Source: a virus. Taken from it: DNA of 64,000 nt. The notes under the pieces are model-generated. The model worked only from the letters and a program-made list of their open reading frames with translations. It was not told the DNA's origin and did no database searches. The position numbers were made by a program, and so were the translations under genes. Positions 35,979 to 46,387 of this stretch are shown here, one piece after another (position 1 is the stretch's first letter; each line of letters opens with the position of its first letter). The stretch is from the IMG/VR virus record IMGVR_UViG_3300013126_000011, one strand, 5' to 3'.

Positions 35979-37124
35979 ATGGCTATTGAGGGTCGACAAG
36001 AATTCGCATATGGTGACCTAAATCCAATTGAACCGCCTATCATTCGAAGAAGAAGTGCGCCAACAAGCGCAATTAATGCTCTGGAGCGCTCTGTTCAAGA
36101 TTCGCAAACATTAGATTCTCTTAATAACACTGGAGCCTTTAAAGCGGTTGTACTTCGCGTTGAGCCAGAAGCAAATGGAGCCTCTTGGTTAAGTTGGGCA
36201 TTTTCTGACGATCCTCCAAATTTGGTCAGAATCAGAGCCAGAATTCCAGAGCTTCATGCAATGCTTCCAGAACCAAATGAATTAGAGGCTCGCGAAGGTG
36301 AAGATGCTAGAATTATTGAGATGTATCCAATATTTGAGGCTCAATCTGAAGATATAGAAGCTCCCAATGCTGGCGATATTGTCTGGGTAGACTACACTAA
36401 TAAAGTCAACGTTACTGGACCAATCTATCTAGGACCGGTACAGGGACAACCAGATGGTAATACCAACAATTTGAAAGCTGATGGTCCTGGCGGGTATACC
36501 AAACTAGATGGCAAATTTGTAGGAATCAAAGGAGTGGGCAATCAAATTTTGAATTCAATTTTTCCAGACGATCCAGATTTTGTTCCGTTGCAAGGTGTTA
36601 ATATGTCCGTTGAGTTTCAGCGATATATTTGGAATTTGGATCGTCAATTTGATAAGGTTTCTTCACAGTTATTTAAAGATTGGCCAGTTACAAGAGTTAA
36701 AGAAGAAGCTATCAAAGTATGTAAACGGCTTGGCATTGAAGATCCTGGCGCGTTTTGGACTGTAATTATGACAGAAGCTACTGGACGACCGGTTGGAGTC
36801 TATGGAAACAATTGGGAATCTGCCGTAAAAGCTCATAGCTCGGCATATGGCATTGGACAGAACACAAGAAATTCAAACTGGAAATATATGCAAGAAAAAT
36901 ATCCCGACATTGCGGGTAAAATTCCGCACGATCAGCTTTATTTGCCAGAGAACGGCATTTTGGCATGTGGTCTATATTGGAGACATATCGAGAAGTATAC
37001 CAAAGCCAACGGAGGGTACGATCTACTAACAAGTAGATTCAAGGCTTATACTGGTCGATGGAATACTGCGCAAGATAAAAAAACTGCTTATACAACGTGG
37101 AGTAAAGATATTAATGTCGCATAA
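35979..37124 (+). CDS. baseplate hub protein: gp5-like OB region + SLT-like lytic transglycosylase
   Basis: PNAGDIVWVDY..GPIYLG; IMTEATG, SAYGIGQ, NGILACGLY, AYTG. Confidence 0.6.
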   Translation: MAIEGRQEFAYGDLNPIEPPIIRRRSAPTSAINALERSVQDSQTLDSLNNTGAFKAVVLRVEPEANGASWLSWAFSDDPPNLVRIRARIPELHAMLPEPNELEAREGEDARIIEMYPIFEAQSEDIEAPNAGDIVWVDYTNKVNVTGPIYLGPVQGQPDGNTNNLKADGPGGYTKLDGKFVGIKGVGNQILNSIFPDDPDFVPLQGVNMSVEFQRYIWNLDRQFDKVSSQLFKDWPVTRVKEEAIKVCKRLGIEDPGAFWTVIMTEATGRPVGVYGNNWESAVKAHSSAYGIGQNTRNSNWKYMQEKYPDIAGKIPHDQLYLPENGILACGLYWRHIEKYTKANGGYDLLTSRFKAYTGRWNTAQDKKTAYTTWSKDINVA

Positions 37125-37139
37125 CGGAGAAAGAGAAAT

Positions 37140-38075
37140 TTGACAACTCGCAAGCCAGTATTTGATATTAGTGGACTTTCGGATACTAAGAAAAGTACCG
37201 TTAATGATACAGACAATGTTGCCATTGTTACTTCTCGCGGAGTGTTCAACGATCAGTTGGTTGAACCTATTCCAAATTTCAACGAAGCGCCATGCGAAAC
37301 AGTCATTTCCGGTAAGAACAATGCATGGATCGTATTTGGTCGAGATCGACCGGCAGACCTAAAATCTGGCTACGGTGGTGAAGGTCACACGCAAGCTGGT
37401 AGTCTCGACATTGTTGTTGGCAGAGATTGTCCATCACCAAAGTTGGTAGACGAAAAGGGCGAAAAGAGAGTCGTTAATCCTGATTTTTTTCGAGATGCAG
37501 CGCGAATCCACATTAGTCAAAAAACAGATGTAGACAAGAACTTTAATTTAGTAGATGGAAATGTCGGGAACATTAAAGCTCATTCTGCCATTGCTTTAAA
37601 GGCAGATGGAATTCGAATAATTGCAAGAGATGGCGGAATTAAACTTGTTACAAGAACCGATAGATTTAATTCTCAAGGTGGAGAAGTAAAAGCAATTCGA
37701 GGTATTGAGCTTAACGCTGGAAATCAACCATCTGGCTTACAGTCAATGGTCAAGGGAGAAAATTTGGCCAGCGCCCTGAAATCAATGAATGAAAACATTT
37801 CAAAATTGACTGGAATTGTAGATAACGTTTTGACAGCCTTGATAGCGCTAGACGCTGCTCTAGCTGCACATACGCATATCTGTGCGGCTCCAGGTTCACC
37901 GACAACACCATCGGCAGACTTGGCGCCCTCGGTAGCAAAAGCGTTGTCAACATATTTGTCGGATGGTAAGATTCCACTGATTAATCAAAAGATCAATTTG
38001 GTGAATTGGTATTGGGACTATCTATCTCCAACTAGCAAAGAATATATCAACAGTCTGTACAATAAGGCTAACTAA
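37140..38075 (+). CDS. baseplate spike (gp5/gpV C-terminal-like)
   Basis: beta-rich repeats, VKGENL, AHTH metal-tip motif. Confidence 0.65.
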   Translation: MTTRKPVFDISGLSDTKKSTVNDTDNVAIVTSRGVFNDQLVEPIPNFNEAPCETVISGKNNAWIVFGRDRPADLKSGYGGEGHTQAGSLDIVVGRDCPSPKLVDEKGEKRVVNPDFFRDAARIHISQKTDVDKNFNLVDGNVGNIKAHSAIALKADGIRIIARDGGIKLVTRTDRFNSQGGEVKAIRGIELNAGNQPSGLQSMVKGENLASALKSMNENISKLTGIVDNVLTALIALDAALAAHTHICAAPGSPTTPSADLAPSVAKALSTYLSDGKIPLINQKINLVNWYWDYLSPTSKEYINSLYNKAN

Positions 38076-38076
38076 T

Positions 38077-41000
38077 ATGTCCAATCTAGACCCATTTGAA
38101 AATGTAGAGAAATGGACAGATCCTAGAGATAATTTTGCTCTAGCGTCAATGAATCCGGACGGTACGCCACATGTAATTACCCCGACAACAGCCCCTCAGG
38201 GTGAAACTGGTGTCACAGCGGATTGGTATTATCGAGAGCCTTGGACAGTTTGGGAACAAGATGGCAAGTGGAATATTGTAGTTTCGTCGGACAAGCAAAT
38301 TCCAAAAGAAAACGAAGAACTAGTCAATCCTCCACCACCAGAAGATGATCGCTTTGGAATTGATCTTGAAGATGATAGCACTACGACAGAATATGTCGCC
38401 TCTGGTTCTCAAGAACCGGCAACCACCGGTAAACCCGCTGGAGAAGCAGTTGAATCGGCTAAGAATCCGTTTATTGTCAAACAAGAAGCATCAGTAGAAA
38501 AGGCAAAAAATTCTTGGGATAAGTCAAAGCTCGAATTGTCCGATTTAGAACAGGAAAAGTATAAGCGCTCTGATGGAAAGGTTGTCAATCTTAGCGAAGA
38601 AATTAAGCACTTAGAGCAAGTACGCGATATTGATGTGTCGAATATGGAATCTGCAAATGCGCGTGTTCCTGTTGATGCCGATATTGTGGCAATGTATAAA
38701 GAAAAGATTGCCAAGCAAAACAAACAGATTGAGGACTTAAAGAAAAAGCGTTCTGATATTCACGAAAAAAAGATCCCGAAAGCCAAAGAAAAGGTAGCCA
38801 AGAAAGAAGCGGCATACAATCAAGCAATCAAAGATTCCAACACAAAAATAAAGCAATATATCGAAGAAAACAAGAGTCCTAGAGTCAAAGCACTAGAATC
38901 TTCTGTGCGTAAAGGTTTTCAAGCAATTCTAGATGAAGCCGGGAAGTATTACCCTCCAGATTTTTTTACGGATTACGATAAATTCGATCCATCGAATCCT
39001 GTAACTCGCTCATTAGTTTACGAAAAGGATTACAAGACCAGCGAATCTCCATTGATAAAAATGAGAGTACTAGTTGTTGCCAATAAAGCCTACGTTGATA
39101 TGTTTCCTGATAAAACAGATGCACAGGTCAATGAGGGTTTTGAGAAATATTACGAGCACGAAAAAGCTGCACGCTATAACGTTTCATATGAGCGCGCTAG
39201 ATTAAATACTGTCGTTGCGTCAGCTACAAGAATTCTTGAAGATAAACAGTATTTGTTGGATACTGGTTTTTCCGGTCGAGTAAACGGCATTAATATGAAC
39301 GATGATGCCGCTTTACTTCGAGAGATTCCGCAACACATTGAGAGTTTGATTCAAGAACAAACTAAGAATAAAATTTATGCTGATTATATGTCAAAGATGA
39401 CCAGTTTAGAAATGACTGGAGAACCGGCATATATCAATTTTTACCAGAACGAAGATCATGGATTTGTGACGTTCTCTTATGTTGTTGGCGATAGAGTCTT
39501 CTTTATGAGAAATGGGTTATCACGCTTTGCCAACCTGTCTCCGATTCAATCTAAGAAGATCATGTTCTTGTTTTATTATTTAGCTGATATTTTGGCTGAT
39601 GAAAATATGCAAGTGCTTGACTTTGTTGCGAAATATTACAGTGGCACAGAACTTCGACCATCTGATGATAAAGAAAATCCTGGCGATAATTTAGATTCAG
39701 ACTCGGAAAAATTTGACGATCTTGGTATTCGCAGAGAAAAGTTCAACAAGAATCGTAGGATTTCGAACGTAATTGATGAAGAAGAAAACAGTTATCTTCG
39801 AAGAGTCAAAGATCTTGCTTCAGCGTACAGCGACGCTATTTCGAAAATTGATATAGGCGAGCTTATTAAGGCTGCTGTAAGCTGTTTGCACCAAAAGCAA
39901 CTGGAACTCTCTTGGCCAAATCCTCCAAATTTGTTGGGCACTTGGACGTTTCCTAGTTTTGGAAAATTTGATTTTTTGGATTGGCTAGAGCGACTATCTG
40001 ATGCAGTCGATAAAGCCATTCGAGATGCGTTAGATCAGCAAGTTGTCGATATTATGAAAGAATTGATGCGACTTCTTGAAGAAGGTTGTCGCGATTCTGT
40101 TGATTATGGAAAACACAAGGCGAATGATTATCTGGTATGGCAGAAAGCCAAGGGAAATTCTTATGTCTCTAATTCCGTCGAAGAAGAAACAGGTACTCCG
40201 CTTGGAGAGATTGTATTGGCGTTAAATCATCCGGATGAAGTTGCACAAGCTAAAGCAGATCATCAAAAAGACATATATATTAATCAACCGGTAGCTGAAT
40301 TTAAGAGTGATGTTAATCAAGAAGCTCGTAATTTGCTCGATGATGTTTCAGCTACGTTGAATCCTACGAACATGTACTATATGCTCAACGGAAAACCAAC
40401 AGAAAGCACGACTATTCAAATTGTTGAGGTGGCTGACAACAAGTGGGTTGACAGTTTTGGTCACAAGTATTTGTATCTTCCAAAGCTATTAAATACCACT
40501 CAAAAATCTAAAGCTTTCTGCAAGGCTTTGCAGAAATACGTTGTACAAGAAAAGTTGTATGCGCTTGAGCAAGAAATTCAGAGTGAACCCAAAGAAGAAA
40601 CGGCTAGTTATCCACCAAAGAAGCGTTATATTTGCGGTGATAAACAATTTGTCAGCAAGAAAATAGAGCTTTACAAGAACAAGGGACTTTCTCAACAAGA
40701 AGCCGAAGAACAAGCCAATAAAGATCTTGAGCGAAACAAGCAACTGTTGATTAAGTATTCGGATATGTTAAAGAATCCGAATCGCAAACTTGTAACGCCA
40801 GTGTTGATGGACAAAAAGAACGAAGATGGCTCCGTAATAAAAGGCGTAATTTCATCAACACCCCCTGAACTGATGTACAGTGTTGAGAAAGTAATGGAGC
40901 CGATTTTCAAGTATGTCGTTGAAGAGTTGGTACAAGATACGCGCAAGTATTTTAATGCGACGATGGCTGTGACAAATCCACAAGAAATTGCAGAACTAAT

Positions 41001-42825
41001 GCTCGGAACTAGAACACAATTGACAATCACCATTTCGCAAGCATTGTCGTTAGCGGTTGATGAATTTTTGTTGGCAAACAAGTCTGAAAGAGTAAGTTTG
41101 TCGAATTATTCAATGTTAAAGACTGATACTGTTTCGTTTGGTATGCCCACTGAAGCATTTGATGGAGATACTTTATATGCCAGGGTTATACGAGGAACAG
41201 ACAGTATCGTTAGCGAAGTAAAATTATCCGAAGAACTTAAGCAACGAGTAATTGAGAAAACTCCAGATAGAATCAAGGGTGAGACTCCACTGTCGTTTCC
41301 AGAGAGATATTTTGGATTTTTATGTTCAGAAGCCTGGAAAGAAGTGATTTCAAATTCAGTAGATTTGGCAAAGCTTGAACAATATTATGCAGATAAAGTC
41401 TATCAAGGAATCTATGACGATTTATTTGGATTTGCTTTGGCTCAGGTAAAGCAAAATTTGTCTAGTGTTGCACGCCCAATTGAAGTAAAACCGTTTACAA
41501 TTCCAGGTGATGATGTTTTAGCTGCTGATTATACAAAACAGCTTGATGAATATCATGATTACCTTGAACAGCGTGATCATTATAATTTCGATGAAGATAA
41601 ATTGTCAATCAAGAATCTCGTAAAAAACGTATATGCGGAACATGCATTAGATAAGATTGCTCCTAATGCTCCAAGACCGATGGATATTGCTTTTGCTTCC
41701 GGAGTCGTATACGCCAGAATCAGAGCGATGATTATCGAAGTGCTGTTCAAAACGCTGTCTATTCAACGTGCTTTTGATGTTACCGAAGTGTCGATGCTTA
41801 AGAAAGGGTTGACAGATCGATTGCAAGAAGAGTTTGGCGATTCGACTGCTTGGTATTGTAGAGAAATTTTGCGCGCTCAATATAAAATAGCAGAAACATC
41901 TCAACCAATTCCTGACTTGATTGAGCAAATGTGGTCGACGACTATTGATGATGCCAAAGATGCGTTGTATCTCAAGAAGGCTAGCAGTTTCAACGCTGCA
42001 TTTGTACGTAATTTACCATTAGTGAGTATTGCCAGATCTGATGGTGGTACTCGTTCTAGATTGTTTGCCGCGAATACTACAGACACAAAAGCTATTGAAT
42101 TTAGTAGTATATTCAAGAAACCACAAAACAGCTTAACGAACGGGCAATTGATTCGTGAAAAATACGTTAAGCTTGTCGGCTTGGACGGTACTATTGAATG
42201 GATTGATCCGGAAAAAGTCATAACAATGTTTACGCTAGCAACTCCTACTGATAAGGTTAACAATTTCTATAGTGAAGCTTCATATGGTTTACGATTAGTT
42301 TATATACCGCCTGTATTACCAAGTGTATATGAAAATTTAAGCGAGCAAATGCCAAATGTTAATATTGTCGATTTTCAGAGCATGTTAAATGCAACGACAT
42401 TGCCAAAAACCGCTATAAATAAGAGGCTTTTTGTGGTTGCTGAGTTTTCAAAATGGTTTCCTGTTAGCGGAAATGCCACAGACGTTATGAGAAACATTTA
42501 TCCAATTTCTCTGGCACAATATGAATCTCCAATTGCAGCAGATTTGACATTGGCTCAAATGGTTGAAATCATTCAAAAACATGAAAGCAATCCGGCACAA
42601 TTGTCGTTCGAACTAGCCGATACGCCAGAATGGCAAGAGTTGTTTAAGTTCTGCTTTCCATTGGAACAAATTTTATCCGTAATTACCTTGTACGTGTATG
42701 ATAAAAATATCGAGCTTTATGGTAACTTTAAAAGAAACGCAGAAGCATGTATGAATCTATTTAAGGTGTACACCGAACAAGCCGGTAACAAAGAACAGAG
42801 CGAATACATAGAGAAAAATAAATGA
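38077..42825 (+). CDS. 1582-aa hypothetical baseplate-region protein
   Basis: long ORF with N-terminal coiled coil; lies between spike and gp25. Confidence 0.7.
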   Translation: MSNLDPFENVEKWTDPRDNFALASMNPDGTPHVITPTTAPQGETGVTADWYYREPWTVWEQDGKWNIVVSSDKQIPKENEELVNPPPPEDDRFGIDLEDDSTTTEYVASGSQEPATTGKPAGEAVESAKNPFIVKQEASVEKAKNSWDKSKLELSDLEQEKYKRSDGKVVNLSEEIKHLEQVRDIDVSNMESANARVPVDADIVAMYKEKIAKQNKQIEDLKKKRSDIHEKKIPKAKEKVAKKEAAYNQAIKDSNTKIKQYIEENKSPRVKALESSVRKGFQAILDEAGKYYPPDFFTDYDKFDPSNPVTRSLVYEKDYKTSESPLIKMRVLVVANKAYVDMFPDKTDAQVNEGFEKYYEHEKAARYNVSYERARLNTVVASATRILEDKQYLLDTGFSGRVNGINMNDDAALLREIPQHIESLIQEQTKNKIYADYMSKMTSLEMTGEPAYINFYQNEDHGFVTFSYVVGDRVFFMRNGLSRFANLSPIQSKKIMFLFYYLADILADENMQVLDFVAKYYSGTELRPSDDKENPGDNLDSDSEKFDDLGIRREKFNKNRRISNVIDEEENSYLRRVKDLASAYSDAISKIDIGELIKAAVSCLHQKQLELSWPNPPNLLGTWTFPSFGKFDFLDWLERLSDAVDKAIRDALDQQVVDIMKELMRLLEEGCRDSVDYGKHKANDYLVWQKAKGNSYVSNSVEEETGTPLGEIVLALNHPDEVAQAKADHQKDIYINQPVAEFKSDVNQEARNLLDDVSATLNPTNMYYMLNGKPTESTTIQIVEVADNKWVDSFGHKYLYLPKLLNTTQKSKAFCKALQKYVVQEKLYALEQEIQSEPKEETASYPPKKRYICGDKQFVSKKIELYKNKGLSQQEAEEQANKDLERNKQLLIKYSDMLKNPNRKLVTPVLMDKKNEDGSVIKGVISSTPPELMYSVEKVMEPIFKYVVEELVQDTRKYFNATMAVTNPQEIAELMLGTRTQLTITISQALSLAVDEFLLANKSERVSLSNYSMLKTDTVSFGMPTEAFDGDTLYARVIRGTDSIVSEVKLSEELKQRVIEKTPDRIKGETPLSFPERYFGFLCSEAWKEVISNSVDLAKLEQYYADKVYQGIYDDLFGFALAQVKQNLSSVARPIEVKPFTIPGDDVLAADYTKQLDEYHDYLEQRDHYNFDEDKLSIKNLVKNVYAEHALDKIAPNAPRPMDIAFASGVVYARIRAMIIEVLFKTLSIQRAFDVTEVSMLKKGLTDRLQEEFGDSTAWYCREILRAQYKIAETSQPIPDLIEQMWSTTIDDAKDALYLKKASSFNAAFVRNLPLVSIARSDGGTRSRLFAANTTDTKAIEFSSIFKKPQNSLTNGQLIREKYVKLVGLDGTIEWIDPEKVITMFTLATPTDKVNNFYSEASYGLRLVYIPPVLPSVYENLSEQMPNVNIVDFQSMLNATTLPKTAINKRLFVVAEFSKWFPVSGNATDVMRNIYPISLAQYESPIAADLTLAQMVEIIQKHESNPAQLSFELADTPEWQELFKFCFPLEQILSVITLYVYDKNIELYGNFKRNAEACMNLFKVYTEQAGNKEQSEYIEKNK

Positions 42826-43217
42826 GTTTGACACCTAGCTTTCCATTACGAGGCGATGAAACACAAGCTGGAGGATTCGCACAAGTAGAACAGTATCGAG
42901 ATCTTGTCAGACAAAATTTTCGAAATCTTTTGTTGACTGCCCCTGGTGAACGTGCAATGAATCCTGGGTTTGGAGTTGGTGTCAAGAATTTTCTGTTTGA
43001 GCAAAGCACTTTTGTAACTAAAGAAGCACTTAAGGCAAAAATTAATATGCAAGTGGCTTTATATTTAAAGTATATCAAGATTGAAAATATTGAATTTGTA
43101 GAAGAGAATGATCAATTGCTTCGTTTGCAGATTCAGTATTTTATTGAACCACTGGGAGCCAGCGATTTGATTAACGTCAACATTTCCGAAGAGGGAACAA
43201 ATACGAATGAGTTCTAA
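42822..43217 (+). CDS. gp25-like baseplate wedge subunit
   Basis: QNFRNLLLTAPGERAMNPGFGVG. Confidence 0.9.
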   Translation: MSLTPSFPLRGDETQAGGFAQVEQYRDLVRQNFRNLLLTAPGERAMNPGFGVGVKNFLFEQSTFVTKEALKAKINMQVALYLKYIKIENIEFVEENDQLLRLQIQYFIEPLGASDLINVNISEEGTNTNEF

Positions 43218-45006
43218 GAGAGTTGTTCCAATCAAATATATCAATAGAGATTATGCTTCAATTCGAGAAGCTTTGATTGAGCATGCAAAGAGATACTATC
43301 CAGATACGTACAAAGATTTTTCAGAACCCGGTCTAGGATCGTTGATAATTGATTCTGTTTCTTATGTTGGTGATGTACTTTCGTTTTATTTGGATTATCA
43401 GACTAACGAAAGCTTTCCAGATACAGCATTAGAGTACAATAATATTTTACGCCATGCAAAAAGTTATGGATATAGATTTTTGGGGAATCCATCATCTTAC
43501 GGAGCAGTTCAAGTGTTCGTGTTGGTTCCTGCACTAACGAATGCGTTAGGACCGGATTCAAGATATATGCCAGTACTTAAAAAGGGTAGCACGTTTAATT
43601 CGACTGCTGGTGCTAGTTTTATTCTCAACGAAGATGTTGATTTTTCGAGTTCTACGGATTTCGTTGCTGCTCAAGTCAACGCACAAACCGGAAAGCCAAC
43701 GTCATACGCAGTAAGATCTTCTGGACATGTTATTTCCGGAGCCTTGGGAGTCGAATATCAACAAATTGGTGCATATCAGAAATTTTTGAAGCTACAATTA
43801 ACTGCCAAAAATGTTTCTGAAATTATTTCTGTAATAGATGCCGAAGGTCATGAATATTTTGAGGTAACTCATCTTTCACAGAATACAGTTTTGCGTTCTA
43901 TTATTAACCATGACGAGAATACAAGAAATTATGCAAACAACTTGCTTCGTCCTTATATTGTGCCTCGCAGATTTGTTGTAGATAGAGATAGAACGTATAC
44001 AACATTGATGTTTGGTTCTGGCACTGATGCTACATTGTCTGAGTCATCTGTAGCAGAACCATCAAAAGTAGCGTTAAATTTATATGGAAAGCAATACGTT
44101 TCTGATACATCGTTTGATCCAACTAAGTTATTGGCGACTGACAAGTATGGCATTGTTCCAGCCAATACTGCCTTGCGAATTGTCTATCGTTATAATAACG
44201 TCGATAATGTTAATGTCTCTTCTGGAGCCTTGAGCGTAGTTGGCAAAACGGATTTTCAATTTCGAAATACCGTTGGACTAGATCGTTCTCAAATGCAAGC
44301 TGTACAAAGCAGCCTAGAAGTTAATAATGATGTTCCGATTGTTGGCGATGTTACATTACCGTCAGTTGAGGAAGTCAAAGTAAGAATGGTTGATTCTTTT
44401 GCGGCTCAGAGTCGTGCAGTTACAGAGCAAGATTACAAGGCTTTGGTATATGCAATGCCACAATCCTTTGGAGCTATTAAACGAGTTGGAGTAGCTAAGG
44501 GAAAGACAGATTCATCTACCAGAACATTAAATCTTTACGTTGTTTCGGAAGATGCTACTGGAGTATTGACGCAAACCAACGATGCAATTAAGGAAAATCT
44601 TCGTTTTTGGTTAATCAAGAATAAGATGATTAATGATGTTGTCGATATTCATGACGCTAAGATTATTAATTTGGCGATTGAATTCGAATTTATGGCTGCC
44701 TCAGATCGAGACAAATACGAAGTATACAAACGTGCAGTAGCGGCTTTGAAAGATTTTTTCTCAAATACGAGCAATGTTGGTGAAGATTTTTACATTACCG
44801 ATGTATACTCTGTTTTGCGCCAAGTAGATGATGTATTAGATGTTACGAAGGTCAAAGTGACACAAAAGACTGGTGCAAATTACTCTAGCGTACAGTTCGA
44901 TGTTGACTCGAATACGTCAGCCGATGGCAGAAGTATTCGTTGTCCAGCAAACTGTATTTTTGAAGTTAAATATGTGTGGGACGACGTGAAGGGGAATGTA
45001 ATTTAA
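43207..45006 (+). CDS. gp6/J-like baseplate wedge protein
   Basis: DYASIR, SYVGDVLSFYLD, FGSG, RAVTEQDY. Confidence 0.88.
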   Translation: MSSKRVVPIKYINRDYASIREALIEHAKRYYPDTYKDFSEPGLGSLIIDSVSYVGDVLSFYLDYQTNESFPDTALEYNNILRHAKSYGYRFLGNPSSYGAVQVFVLVPALTNALGPDSRYMPVLKKGSTFNSTAGASFILNEDVDFSSSTDFVAAQVNAQTGKPTSYAVRSSGHVISGALGVEYQQIGAYQKFLKLQLTAKNVSEIISVIDAEGHEYFEVTHLSQNTVLRSIINHDENTRNYANNLLRPYIVPRRFVVDRDRTYTTLMFGSGTDATLSESSVAEPSKVALNLYGKQYVSDTSFDPTKLLATDKYGIVPANTALRIVYRYNNVDNVNVSSGALSVVGKTDFQFRNTVGLDRSQMQAVQSSLEVNNDVPIVGDVTLPSVEEVKVRMVDSFAAQSRAVTEQDYKALVYAMPQSFGAIKRVGVAKGKTDSSTRTLNLYVVSEDATGVLTQTNDAIKENLRFWLIKNKMINDVVDIHDAKIINLAIEFEFMAASDRDKYEVYKRAVAALKDFFSNTSNVGEDFYITDVYSVLRQVDDVLDVTKVKVTQKTGANYSSVQFDVDSNTSADGRSIRCPANCIFEVKYVWDDVKGNVI

Positions 45007-45007
45007 C

Positions 45008-46387
45008 ATGGCTATCAAGCGTTATTCTTGTACTAAAGATACTACAATTACCAATGCCTTCAAGGAAAACATGCTTGATAGAGGCGAAGAATCCAATATG
45101 GGTGCTAGCGATATCGCAGAAGTTTTTAGCATTTTTGGACAAGCCACATCTAGCTCAATTGAGAAATCTAGAGTGCTATTTCAATTTGATGTTGATTCGA
45201 TTATTGCAGATCGAGAAGCAACAAGCATTCCAACTAGCGGAAGTGTCAATTTCTATATGCGGGTTTTTAATGCTCCGCATGCTCAAACGTTGCCAAGACA
45301 ATTTACATTGCAGGTCTTGCCTGTATCAAGTTCATGGACAGAAGGGATCGGGCTTGATATGGAAACGTATTCAGACGAAGGGCAAGCTAGTTGGCTTAGT
45401 TCGTCGTTGAATATTTCGTGGACTTCAGAAGGAGGTGATTATCTAGGAAGTCCACAGTTTGAGCAATTCTTTGACGAAGGAACAGAAGATCTGGAGATTG
45501 ACATTACCAATTTAGTTGAAAGTTGGATTGACGAGACAACAGAAAACAAAGGAGTGTTAGTCAAGTTGTCTGGTAGTCAAGAGGATGGTTCTGAGGAACG
45601 TTCTTATTATACCAAACGATTTTTTGCCAGAGGAACAGAGTTCTTTTTCAAAAAACCGGTACTTGAGGCTCGTTGGCAATCTTCCAAGTCTGATGATCGT
45701 GGAGATTTCTACTTTAGTAGTTCTCTGGCTTCAGAAGAAGATAATACGAACAAGTTGTACCTTTACAATTATGTTCGTGGCATTGGCTTGAAAGATATTC
45801 CCGGCATGACAGGTTCCATTTATGTTGATCTATATGATGAAAACATGGAATGGTTGTCCGCTAGTTTTACCGGTTCTTGGGAATCGATTGGAATCTATGT
45901 TGTTGATGTAGCATTAGAGCCAACAACATCTAGTATCGTTTATGATGTTTGGGGTGATGGAAATGGTATTGAATTTTATACTGGAAGTTTTGTTCCCAAG
46001 ACATTGACGCCTAGCAATCACTTCGGTCCAGAGCAACACTTCACAAAGATTATCAATTTAAAGAACAGATATTCAACCGAAGAAACTAATGCAATGTTTA
46101 GATTGTTTATTCGAGACAAAAATTGGCAGCCAACGCTTTACACTGTTTCGAATGCCACGCAAGAATCACAAATTGCAAGAGAGGCTTGTTATCGCGTTTT
46201 TAGAGTGGTTGATAATTACGAAGTGATTGCATATGATAGCGCATATACCAAGTTATCATATGACGCCAATGGTAATTACTTTACATTCGATATTAGTCTT
46301 TTGGAGCCAGGATATATGTACGCATTCCAATTCAGATATAATGATGTTGAGCAGCCAGAGATCTTCAATTTCAAGGTTGAGGAATAA
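45008..46387 (+). CDS. baseplate/tail-associated structural protein
   Basis: SRVLFQFD, WTEGIG, EIDITNLVESW, PVLEARW (DNRLRE-like beta sandwich). Confidence 0.65.
   Translation: MAIKRYSCTKDTTITNAFKENMLDRGEESNMGASDIAEVFSIFGQATSSSIEKSRVLFQFDVDSIIADREATSIPTSGSVNFYMRVFNAPHAQTLPRQFTLQVLPVSSSWTEGIGLDMETYSDEGQASWLSSSLNISWTSEGGDYLGSPQFEQFFDEGTEDLEIDITNLVESWIDETTENKGVLVKLSGSQEDGSEERSYYTKRFFARGTEFFFKKPVLEARWQSSKSDDRGDFYFSSSLASEEDNTNKLYLYNYVRGIGLKDIPGMTGSIYVDLYDENMEWLSASFTGSWESIGIYVVDVALEPTTSSIVYDVWGDGNGIEFYTGSFVPKTLTPSNHFGPEQHFTKIINLKNRYSTEETNAMFRLFIRDKNWQPTLYTVSNATQESQIAREACYRVFRVVDNYEVIAYDSAYTKLSYDANGNYFTFDISLLEPGYMYAFQFRYNDVEQPEIFNFKVEE

Noticed and set aside
35979-45006. Bacterial T6SS/eCIS locus
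   Set aside because: Context is phage-like throughout, with no host housekeeping or secretion membrane-complex genes
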